From: Candidatus Nomurabacteria bacterium
GTDB lineage: Bacteria; Patescibacteriota; Minisyncoccia; Phycocordibacterales; UBA918
Reading direction: 5' to 3'
NCBI GenBank assembly: GCA_020632075.1
Contig: JACKGH010000001.1
Coordinates: 665,778 to 729,777, forward strand
Length of the DNA: 64,000 nucleotides
The notes under the pieces were generated by a model that had not been told where the DNA came from, ran no database searches, and was given only the letters and a program-made list of their open reading frames with translations. Every line of letters begins with the position of its first letter. Position 1 is the first letter of the stretch. A program made the translations under genes and the position numbers. Below are positions 56,456 to 64,000 of this stretch, piece after piece.

Positions 56456-58372
56456 ATGAATATAACAACCCTTAGAAAGGGCATGGTTGGTGGTGTCATC
56501 GCGCTTTCGCTCGTGTTCATCACCATCCCTGTCCCCCGAGCTGAAGCTGCGACCTATGCAGAACTGCAAGCTCAAATTCAATCATTATTAGTACAAATAA
56601 CCAAACTCCAAGCACAGCTTCGTGCCATGCAAAATGGGGGTCTTTTGTGTAGTGTGCCACAATCTGATCTCGCGATCGGTAGTCGCGGTGCAGACGTTAC
56701 TGCGCTGCAAAACTTCCTGATTAGCCGTGGCTACACGATCCCTGCTGGAGCCACAGGCTACTACGGTACACAAACACAAAGCGCCCTGCGACTGTTTCAG
56801 ATCAACCAAGGGATCAGTCCGGCCTTGGGATACAATTACGGACAACAAACCCGCGCTCGTGTGACAGCACTATGTACACCAGTATCAACCCCACAACCGA
56901 CTCCAACACCAACCCCACAGCCTGAGCCAGAACCACCACTTAGCGGCGAAGCGTCACTGGAACGCTTCACGGTAAACGATGGTAATGACACTGACCTTGA
57001 AGAGGGTGACAAAAACGCTGAGATCATGGAAGTATCATTCCGAGTCGAAGATGGTGACGCAAGACTCAATCGTCTGGAAGTGGGCTTCACCCCAGACCCA
57101 GCAAATGACGAGATGGATCCATGGGATACCTTCGATACCGTATCTGTCTGGAGCGGCAACACCCGCATAGCGAGTGTCGATGCTTCTGATGAGGACAACT
57201 GGAACGAAGACTCTCCAAACGATGGAGATTACACTCTTCGCATTCCAGGAATTGACTGGAAGATGCGTGAGGGTCGCGAGATAGAACTTACCGTCCGCGC
57301 TAGTGTACAAAATAGTGTACGCGGCACCGACAATGGTGAGATCTGGACCACCTTCATTCCAGATGATGGCATTCGTGCCCTTGATGCAGATAAAGCTGCA
57401 CTCTACATTGGCGACACTGCTGACGCAGTAACCCTCAACATCGATGAAGCAGGTGCTTCAGATGAGTTGATCGTACGACGCTCTGATGAAGACCCAGACG
57501 CTTCAGTCCTGCGACTTGAAGATGACCGAAACTCTGGGTACATGGAAGTATTCGCCTTTGATCTCGATACTGATGACAGCGAGAATGATATCGATATCTA
57601 CGAACTTCCAATCGAGTTTACCGTCAACAACGGAACCCTCAGCGACTTTGTTCGCAACGCACGACTTATCGTGGATGGTGAAACCTACACTGACGAAACC
57701 ATTACCGATGGCGCCACTGGTCTTATCACCTTCAACTTCGATCGTGGCGATCTGACTATCGATGCTGGTGACCGCGTCACTGCTTCTGTCGAGATCGAAT
57801 TCCGTGCCCTTGATGCAATGTACGAAGGCACAACTATTGTTGGACATGTGAATGCTGACGATATCGACGCGGAAGGGGCCGATGATCTAGACACAAACCA
57901 GCTCCAAAGTGCAGCTACAGGCGAAATGCATTTGCTCTACACTAAGGGATCTGATGTTGAGAGTGACTACGCCACAGCGGTAGTAACCACTCAAGATGGC
58001 TCAACTAACGATTATGTCACCTTTAGTATCACCGTGAACGTGACCGCCTTTGGACAGGATGTGTACATTCCAATCGGTGCAAGTGGTGTCACCTATCAGC
58101 TGCAAGACGCGATCGGCAACGCACTATCTGCCTCAGGTACTCCAGTTGTGACCTCGAGTACTGACGAGGAAGGAAGTTACTTCTACATTCCAGAAGGCAG
58201 TACAGAATCACTCACCCTAACGGTAACGTATATTCCAGGTGTCGCGAACACCAATGCTCGACTCCAGCTCATCAGCGTCAACTACAATGACACTGCTGCA
58301 GCGCCAGATCAAAGCTGGATCGCGCTTCCTAAGAATGCATACCGCACCCCAACTAAGACGATCGTAAATTAG
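56456..58372 (+). CDS. Secreted Asp-rich surface protein with putative peptidoglycan-binding (PG_binding_1) domain
   Basis: Signal peptide, a coiled coil, then the GSRGADVTALQNFLISRGY...GYYGTQTQSALRLFQ PGBD-like pattern, then about 450 aa of acidic beta-rich sequence. Confidence 0.65.
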   Translation: MNITTLRKGMVGGVIALSLVFITIPVPRAEAATYAELQAQIQSLLVQITKLQAQLRAMQNGGLLCSVPQSDLAIGSRGADVTALQNFLISRGYTIPAGATGYYGTQTQSALRLFQINQGISPALGYNYGQQTRARVTALCTPVSTPQPTPTPTPQPEPEPPLSGEASLERFTVNDGNDTDLEEGDKNAEIMEVSFRVEDGDARLNRLEVGFTPDPANDEMDPWDTFDTVSVWSGNTRIASVDASDEDNWNEDSPNDGDYTLRIPGIDWKMREGREIELTVRASVQNSVRGTDNGEIWTTFIPDDGIRALDADKAALYIGDTADAVTLNIDEAGASDELIVRRSDEDPDASVLRLEDDRNSGYMEVFAFDLDTDDSENDIDIYELPIEFTVNNGTLSDFVRNARLIVDGETYTDETITDGATGLITFNFDRGDLTIDAGDRVTASVEIEFRALDAMYEGTTIVGHVNADDIDAEGADDLDTNQLQSAATGEMHLLYTKGSDVESDYATAVVTTQDGSTNDYVTFSITVNVTAFGQDVYIPIGASGVTYQLQDAIGNALSASGTPVVTSSTDEEGSYFYIPEGSTESLTLTVTYIPGVANTNARLQLISVNYNDTAAAPDQSWIALPKNAYRTPTKTIVN

Positions 58373-58389
58373 TAACCAATAAATAAAAA

Positions 58390-58420
58390 GAGCGGGGCCC
58401 AAAGGGCCCCGCTCTCTTTC
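58390..58420. terminator. Bidirectional terminator
   Basis: aagagcggggccc-aaa-gggccccgctctt. Confidence 0.7.
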
Positions 58421-58429
58421 TTGAAAGAC

Positions 58430-59032
58430 TTAGTCCTTCTTCACTTCAGTTGCTTCTTCAGCTGGAGCTTCTTCTGAAGTCTCCTCAGCTGGAGCGGCGT
58501 CTTCTGCTGGAGTTTCCGCTGCAGCTGCTTCAGCAGCTTTTGCTTCCTCCTCAGCCTTCTTGGCAGCTTCTGCTTCCGCTGCCCTAGCAGCCTCTTCTTC
58601 TGCCTGCTTTGCTTCTGCTTCAGCACGTGCTGCAGCTTCTGCTTCAGACTCAGTAGACATAGAAACAAGGCTCATTCGACGCATCTGACGCTTGATCTCA
58701 CGATTTACCTTCTCGCGGATGTAATAGAGCTTCGCGCGGCGCACCTTCGCACGCTTCACGATCTCGAGCTTGTCGATAAGTGGTGAGTAGAGCGGGAAGA
58801 TCTTTTCGATCCCAACACCACTTGATGCCTTACGAACCGTAAAGGTAGCACCTGCTTCATCACCGTGCTTTCGAGCCAATACGAGGCCCTCAAAAACCTG
58901 GATACGGGTCTTCCCCTTTTCATCCACGATCTTTTGGTGAACGCGCACAGTATCACCAGCCTTGATGCCAAGTGACTTACGTTCTTCCATATTTACGGGT
59001 GACACTGTCACTCCTGCCATTGCTGCTTTCAT
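58430..59032 (-). CDS. rplS: 50S ribosomal protein L19 with about 85-aa Ala/Glu/Lys-rich C-terminal extension
   Basis: L19 core ([26 protein letters not shown]...[10 protein letters not shown]), then a low-complexity [16 protein letters not shown] tail. Confidence 0.85.
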   Translation of the reverse strand: MKAAMAGVTVSPVNMEERKSLGIKAGDTVRVHQKIVDEKGKTRIQVFEGLVLARKHGDEAGATFTVRKASSGVGIEKIFPLYSPLIDKLEIVKRAKVRRAKLYYIREKVNREIKRQMRRMSLVSMSTESEAEAAARAEAEAKQAEEEAARAAEAEAAKKAEEEAKAAEAAAAETPAEDAAPAEETSEEAPAEEATEVKKD

Positions 59033-59198
59033 AATATGTTTCTTTAATAAATTAAACGAATGAGCCGTTTAAAACGTGCCACAATCTACCATAAACATCC
59101 TTGGTTCGCAACACTTTCGGCCAGGTCTTACGATATTGCGTTTATGCGCAACTATGGTACGGTCATGGTGAAATTGTTCCACTTGGAGTTCTCTACAA

Positions 59199-60275
59199 AT
59201 GCATAGAAATATTCCGAAGATCGTCATTACTGGCGGACCTTGCGGCGGCAAAACCACCGCCCTCGCCAAAATCGTCGCCTGGTGTCTTGAGCACGGGTTT
59301 TACCCACTGCTCTCGCCAGAAGCAGCCACACTCCTGATGGAGTCTGGTATCGAACGGGACCACCCGCGATTCCAGGAATTCATCTGGCGCGAAACACAAC
59401 ACGCCATGCAGCTGCGACTCGAAGCAGCACTGCTGTACAAAAACCCCGTACTCATCTTCGACCGAGCCTTCGCCGATAGCCTGGCATACATGTCGACTGA
59501 TGGAGCAAAACAGCTCATGGACGAATTTGGCTTCACGATAAAGGACGTGCGTGATCAGTTTTCCGGTGTCATCTTCTTGCGTACCGCAGCCAACGGCGCT
59601 GCTGAACACTACACCACCGAGAACAACGCGAAGCGCAGCGAAAGTGCCGAAGAAGCCTGTGCCACCGACTGGCGGACTGAGATGGCTTGGACCGGCACGC
59701 CACACCTGCATCTCATTGAAAATGTACCTGGTCAAACATTTGATCAGAAGATCAACCGGGCGCTGCAGGCACTCGCTCGCACACTTGGCGTACCCGAACC
59801 GCTGGAGATCGAGCGCAAATTTCTCATCCACGATCCACAGTCGATTATTCTGCCTGAGAGCGCCACACCGATCACTATCATCCAGCACTACCTGGTCGGC
59901 AATGGATCAAACGAGCGGGTTCGCGCGCGTGGTCAGGATGACAACTACCTGTACTTCCACACCATCAAGGAAGAAGTAGCGCCAGGCACCTTCATCGAGA
60001 CCGAGCGGCACATCAGTCGCCAGGAGTACGACGACCTGATGGTCCGTCGTGACTATGGTCGGCAGCCGATCATCAAAACGAGAAACTGCTTCTCATATAA
60101 TGGGCGATACTGCGAACTTGATGTCTTCCATGGCCGCCGTGAAGGCTTGGTCATGCTTGAGATCGAAGTCGCTAGTATGGATGAGACCGTCTCGGTACCG
60201 CCATACCTTGGTGAGTACACTGAAGTGACCGGTAAGAGGGAATATTCAAACTATGAACTGTCGCTGGCTGCGTAA
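59199..60275 (+). CDS. Fusion of P-loop NTPase/kinase (AAA_28/NadR-like) and C-terminal CYTH triphosphate-tunnel domain
   Basis: Walker A ITGGPCGGKTT; C-terminal half begins LEIERKFLI (CYTH signature). Confidence 0.7.
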   Translation: MHRNIPKIVITGGPCGGKTTALAKIVAWCLEHGFYPLLSPEAATLLMESGIERDHPRFQEFIWRETQHAMQLRLEAALLYKNPVLIFDRAFADSLAYMSTDGAKQLMDEFGFTIKDVRDQFSGVIFLRTAANGAAEHYTTENNAKRSESAEEACATDWRTEMAWTGTPHLHLIENVPGQTFDQKINRALQALARTLGVPEPLEIERKFLIHDPQSIILPESATPITIIQHYLVGNGSNERVRARGQDDNYLYFHTIKEEVAPGTFIETERHISRQEYDDLMVRRDYGRQPIIKTRNCFSYNGRYCELDVFHGRREGLVMLEIEVASMDETVSVPPYLGEYTEVTGKREYSNYELSLAA

Positions 60276-60287
60276 GCACCAGAACGC

Positions 60288-60316
60288 ATCGCGCGCCTAC
60301 CCGGCGCGCTTTTTTC
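60288..60316 (+). terminator. Intrinsic terminator
   Basis: gcgcgcc-taccc-ggcgcgc plus tttttt. Confidence 0.6.
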
Positions 60317-60377
60317 TTGACAATCACCTGCCCCAGACTATAGTGACGATTGGCTCGAATCGCATAGGAGAAATCAT

Positions 60378-60695
60378 ATGCCAAACAAAATGACGTTCGA
60401 AGGCTACCTGGAAGTATTCAAAAGCGAACACTTATCAGACCTGCTCATTCTGTTTTTCCTGATCAAAATGACCGACGATGAAACTGGACTCAGGCTGTCT
60501 GACGCCCAGACAGACGTGATCCGTGACACCGTCCGAGAGCATCACCCCGAAGCATGGATTATGCATCGAGCGATGATGCTTGAATGGTTTGATCTTGGCA
60601 CCAATCGAGAGACTATTGCTCATGAACTCGAACTATCCGAAAGCGCAAGCTATCTCGATATCGCACGAGAGCAAGAACGAGTCGAGTGCACCTGA
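60378..60695 (+). CDS. Small hypothetical protein
   Basis: 105-aa ORF with a GGAG RBS and a terminator directly downstream. Confidence 0.4.
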   Translation: MPNKMTFEGYLEVFKSEHLSDLLILFFLIKMTDDETGLRLSDAQTDVIRDTVREHHPEAWIMHRAMMLEWFDLGTNRETIAHELELSESASYLDIAREQERVECT

Positions 60696-60699
60696 CACA

Positions 60700-60728
60700 A
60701 AACCAGCGCCGAGCGCTGGTTTTTTATT
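60700..60728. terminator. Bidirectional terminator
   Basis: aaaaccagcgc-cgag-cgctggtttttt. Confidence 0.65.
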
Positions 60729-61497
60729 CTTGAATCCGATCAACTGCTTGTTCGATCTCAGGCGGCACCGGCGCGATAAAGCGCTGTTCTTCCCCACTTG
60801 GTAGTGTTAGCTCGAGCACATGCGCATGGAGTGCAAGTCGCTCAAGCTCCAGATTATTTGAACCGTCGATCTTATGCGACGCGTAGAGCCCATCCATCAC
60901 GATCGGTCGATCGATCGCCCGTAGGTGTACCCGAAGCTGGTGTGTCCGGCCGGTCTTTGGAATGAGCTTCACATATGAAAATGGCTCGTCTTGATATTCC
61001 CCCATGCCGATCCGCTCGAAGTCAGTGATCGCTTCGCGCCGCACTCCCTTCGCACCACGCTCGGCGCTCCGCCGGCGCGAGTCTTTGGCGCTGCGCCCGA
61101 TCGGACGATTGATCGTACCCCACCGATCATTCATCCGTCCGTACACGAGCGCACGATACTCCTTGTATACTGCACGATCTTTAAAAAGCTTTTTCAAATA
61201 CTGGTGCGCTTCTTGGGTCTTGGCGAGAATGAGGATGCCTGATGTCTCGCGATCGAGGCGATGCACCACACCTGAGCGATTGAGCTCGGTACCTTGTGGT
61301 GAGTAGCCCGGTTCACCGACGCTGGCAGCCGAAGGCTGCCAGCGAAGAAACCACTCGACCACCGTCGGTGCTTCGGTCTTGCCGTCTTCGTGAGTCAGCC
61401 AGCCATACGGCTTGCTGATCACTAGCACTGCGTCATCTTCATAGATGACTGTTGGCTCTAGATTATTTTCCTTTCCGTCGTTCACGAGATTCATATT
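60724..61497 (-). CDS. RluA-family pseudouridine synthase
   Basis: HRLDRETSGILILAK catalytic Asp motif. Confidence 0.8.
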   Translation of the reverse strand, partial: NMNLVNDGKENNLEPTVIYEDDAVLVISKPYGWLTHEDGKTEAPTVVEWFLRWQPSAASVGEPGYSPQGTELNRSGVVHRLDRETSGILILAKTQEAHQYLKKLFKDRAVYKEYRALVYGRMNDRWGTINRPIGRSAKDSRRRSAERGAKGVRREAITDFERIGMGEYQDEPFSYVKLIPKTGRTHQLRVHLRAIDRPIVMDGLYASHKIDGSNNLELERLALHAHVLELTLPSGEEQRFIAPVPPEIEQAVDRIQE

Positions 61498-62158
61498 CGC
61501 CCAGTATGTCGTCAAAGTCATCTTTCGTCAAAGCCGGCCAATGTTTGTCGAGAAACATCAGCTCACTATAGACCGACCGCCAGGTCATAAAATTTGATAG
61601 ACGGTGCTCACCGCCTGGGCGCACGATCACGTCTGGATCTGGCATATCGGCAGTCCAAAGCAATTTTTCAAAACTCTCTTCTGTCACCGTTTCCCCAGCA
61701 GCGATTGCAGCATTCACTGCTTCAACGATCTCTGCTCGCCCCCCATACGAAAGCGCGATCCAGATAGTTGTCTTGGCGTCAGACCGTTCAGCGTTTTGTG
61801 CTTCCAAGCGATCCATTTGCTGCTGTATGTCTTCCGCAAAATCTTTTCGGCGACCAACGATCCGTACCTTTACCGGAGCTTCGTTCTCAGCATTTGCTTG
61901 TTCACCCACCTGTCGTAGCCATTCTCGAAAGAGATCCATGAGGTACTCCACCTCCTCCTCGCTCCGCTTCCAGTTCTCAGTCGAGAAGGCATAATACACC
62001 GCGTGAGCAATCCCCGCGTCGCGAACCCAGCGGATCGAGTCAGACATTACTTCTCCACCGCGCTTATGCCCCTCAAAGGTCGGCAGCCCCTGCTCCTTGG
62101 CCCAGCGACGATTGCCGTCCATGATAAAGCCAATACATGTAATGGTCGTTTGTGACAT
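61463..62158 (-). CDS. uppS: Undecaprenyl-diphosphate synthase (cis-isoprenyl transferase)
   Basis: IGFIMDGNRRWA and YAFSTENWKR motifs. Confidence 0.9.
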   Translation of the reverse strand: MSQTTITCIGFIMDGNRRWAKEQGLPTFEGHKRGGEVMSDSIRWVRDAGIAHAVYYAFSTENWKRSEEEVEYLMDLFREWLRQVGEQANAENEAPVKVRIVGRRKDFAEDIQQQMDRLEAQNAERSDAKTTIWIALSYGGRAEIVEAVNAAIAAGETVTEESFEKLLWTADMPDPDVIVRPGGEHRLSNFMTWRSVYSELMFLDKHWPALTKDDFDDILGEYESRERRKGK

Positions 62159-62163
62159 AGCGC

Positions 62164-62433
62164 TTAATGTAACACAGAAAACTCGTCGTAGGTTTTGGAG
62201 ACACTTCCCCATTCGACTGCCACACTTTCCACCTGCGACATAAGCGAGCCTTCGTGCAAGTACTCAACAAATGCCTTCAGTACGTCTGCCTGTCCTTGTG
62301 CCACCACTGTCACTGATCCATCGGATTCATTTCGCACAAACCCGACCAACTCCAGCTCAGTCGCAGACTCTTGCGCGTACATTCGATACGCAACTCCTTG
62401 CACGGCACCTGTGATCACTGCTCGCATTTCAAT
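62164..62433 (-). CDS. acyP: Acylphosphatase
   Basis: VTGAVQGVAYR...GFVRNESDGSV motifs. Confidence 0.75.
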   Translation of the reverse strand: MEMRAVITGAVQGVAYRMYAQESATELELVGFVRNESDGSVTVVAQGQADVLKAFVEYLHEGSLMSQVESVAVEWGSVSKTYDEFSVLH

Positions 62434-62516
62434 CATGCGCAGTAGTATACATTGCATTCATACATGATACGAGGTATAAATCTGTCCTTACCAAAGACAA
62501 CGAGAGGAGGAAAGGA

Positions 62517-62684
62517 ATGAAACACGGTAAGAATGCGGCACCTGCAAAAGCACCCAGCTATCGCGCACCCCAAGGGCCAACGATCGTCATCGACATGAGA
62601 CAGCATCATTCCCCGGGAGCTGCTCGACGTGCACAGCTTGAAGAGGCAGCACACCAAAACACTGCTCGCTATCGCCCACGGTAG
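62517..62684 (+). CDS. Unlisted small basic protein (55 aa)
   Basis: AGGAGG RBS 7 nt upstream of the ATG; ORF MKHGKNAAPAKAPSYR...; a terminator follows at 62706; below the 60-aa cut-off of the ORF track. Confidence 0.4.
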   Translation: MKHGKNAAPAKAPSYRAPQGPTIVIDMRQHHSPGAARRAQLEEAAHQNTARYRPR

Positions 62685-62705
62685 CGAAGCAGCTCAACCC
62701 ACATC

Positions 62706-62738
62706 AGCCGGTCTACTAACGACCGGCTTGTTTTTTTC
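62706..62738 (+). terminator. Intrinsic terminator
   Basis: agccggtc-tactaac-gaccggct plus tgttttttt. Confidence 0.7.
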
Positions 62739-62774
62739 TAAAAATTGGGTACGATAGTGCCTACATTCAAATAT

Positions 62775-62847
62775 GCGCGATTAGCTCAGTTGGTAGAGCA
62801 GCTCGTTTACACCGAGAAGGTCGGGAGTTCAAGTCTCTCATCGCGCA
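62775..62847 (+). tRNA. tRNA-Val (TAC)
   Basis: GCGCGAT acceptor, D-arm GCTCAGTTGGTAGAGC, anticodon loop TTTACAC, T-loop GTTCAAGTC; one G:A mismatch at 27:43. Confidence 0.8.
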
Positions 62848-63004
62848 CTACGAAAATGAGCTTTTACCGGGCTCGTTTTTTGATACATATACAAAGCGGC
62901 AACTTTAAAACAACTATTTACAAATTGAAGTTTTGCTATATTGTGCAAACAGCCTTGGCTTCTTTGCCGAGAGTTCTACATCAAACAAACTGAGGAGATA
63001 TAAA

Positions 63005-63580
63005 ATGAAAGTAGCTCTTTATCCTGGACATCACTCACTGCCATTTTGGCACCGTCCTCAACAGCCAGAAGTACTTTTTGACGAAAGTATGGCTGACAAA
63101 AACGTCGTCTTCGAAGTTGTTGAGAGGATCGATGAAGACCGAGGAAGATATGTAACAAATGAGGTGCCGGCTAAAGATTTTTGGATCTGGCCCATCCTTA
63201 AAGGATTGTCGGATGTTGACCTACCACTACTGGCACACGTATCCTTTCCTTTTGATAAAGGTACGGAAACGTTTTCTTTACCGAAGCGAGTCTGGATACA
63301 AATCTCAACCTTACCTGATGAGGTTGATCAAGACGGAATTCCAGTGGTGGTGGTAGACGGCGAAGTACAAGTTGCACATCTCTGGGGTGGAGACAACAGA
63401 ACGCACACCCCCTACCAACTACTCGGGAAAGAGCCTGTCGATAATGAACAGACACCCGAGTTCTGGACACAATACATCTTAGCGCGATTGGTGGAAGCGA
63501 AACACGCCACCATAAGAGAGGCGGACGAAGCTTGTAAAATAGCCGCATCTGCTGCAGAAAAGTATGCTGTAGTGCCTTGA
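63005..63580 (+). CDS. Hypothetical protein
   Basis: 191-aa ORF with a GAGGAG RBS; no recognisable motif. Confidence 0.5.
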   Translation: MKVALYPGHHSLPFWHRPQQPEVLFDESMADKNVVFEVVERIDEDRGRYVTNEVPAKDFWIWPILKGLSDVDLPLLAHVSFPFDKGTETFSLPKRVWIQISTLPDEVDQDGIPVVVVDGEVQVAHLWGGDNRTHTPYQLLGKEPVDNEQTPEFWTQYILARLVEAKHATIREADEACKIAASAAEKYAVVP

Positions 63581-63602
63581 ATACACAGACGGTGCTTAAC
63601 TG

Positions 63603-63640
63603 GACCCAAGGAAACTTGGGTCATTTTCTTTTAGAAAATC
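63603..63640 (+). terminator. Intrinsic terminator
   Basis: ggacccaag-gaaa-cttgggtc plus attttctttt. Confidence 0.55.
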
Positions 63641-63659
63641 TAACGTCGTCCCTCATCGT

Positions 63660-63700
63660 GCATTAAAAAAGCGCGCCCGAGGAGGACGCGCTGCGACTGC
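63660..63700. terminator. Bidirectional terminator
   Basis: aaaaaagcgcg-cccgaggagga-cgcgct. Confidence 0.6.
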
Positions 63701-63712
63701 ACGATGGCAATC

Positions 63713-64000
63713 TTACGGATGTGCGTTGGTCAGCAGATAGGCGCTATCGACGACGCGAAGCTCACCTTCCGGATCATTCACCTCCACTTCGAACTTCACT
63801 CCTTCACAGTGACCAGGCTTGAAGCGGGAAAACTTGGAGGCAGTCTCTTCCCCGATGTTTTCATAGACCGTAGCATCCTTGCCAACAATCAAGATGTGAC
63901 GATGACCTGCGGCGATCGCCGAGACAATGCTCTGCAGCACTGCTTCCTTTTCGGCGGCGATCACCTCGCCGTTGTCGCCAGCGATGATCTGTGCTGTCTT
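63713..64000 (-). CDS. C-terminal part of a gene continuing beyond the window (possibly YfcE-like phosphoesterase)
   Basis: The ORF runs off the window edge; IIAGDNGEV...GHRHILIVGKDA weakly resembles the C-terminus of MJ0936/YfcE phosphodiesterases. Confidence 0.35.
   Translation of the reverse strand, partial: KTAQIIAGDNGEVIAAEKEAVLQSIVSAIAAGHRHILIVGKDATVYENIGEETASKFSRFKPGHCEGVKFEVEVNDPEGELRVVDSAYLLTNAHP

Noticed and set aside
62433-62657. Minus-strand 74-aa ORF (MVCCLFKLCTSSSS...)
   Set aside because: It is Cys/Phe-rich, has no RBS and lies antisense to a better-supported small plus-strand ORF with an AGGAGG RBS.

Overview
This 64-kb window is a gene-dense bacterial chromosome segment of about 50% GC. 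By inference it is from a streamlined, possibly CPR/Patescibacteria-like organism: it carries cohesin/dockerin and large surface proteins, single-chain GlyRS, and few biosynthetic genes. Recognisable core genes include an ECF sigma factor, efp, the rpsF-ssb-rpsR operon, metG, glyQS, recO, ileS, glyA, and a thymidylate/folate cluster (dut-tmk-thyA-dcd, a CYTH protein, folA, a CofE-like ligase). Further core genes are rplK-nusG-secE, class I RNR (nrdB with an N-terminal ATP cone plus a cone-less nrdA), mscL, phrB, phoH-PIN, nagZ, a histidine kinase/response regulator pair, suhB, rplS, rluA, uppS and acyP. There are three tRNAs (His-GTG, Leu-GAG, Val-TAC). Many GC-rich hairpin terminators are present, several nearly identical. 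The most unusual loci are: (i) a minus-strand E2-like/E1-like/Ubl three-gene operon at 47.6-50.0 kb; (ii) ileS carrying an in-frame histidine-phosphatase (PGM-family) domain insertion, with a decayed 3' tail; (iii) a low-GC island after tRNA-His holding DUF3800, two Pro-1 tautomerase-like genes and an NDT-like/Nudix fusion; (iv) a duplicated structured efp leader element with compensatory stem changes; (v) a tRNA-Leu 3'-end duplication scar. No CRISPR array, transposase or integrase was seen.
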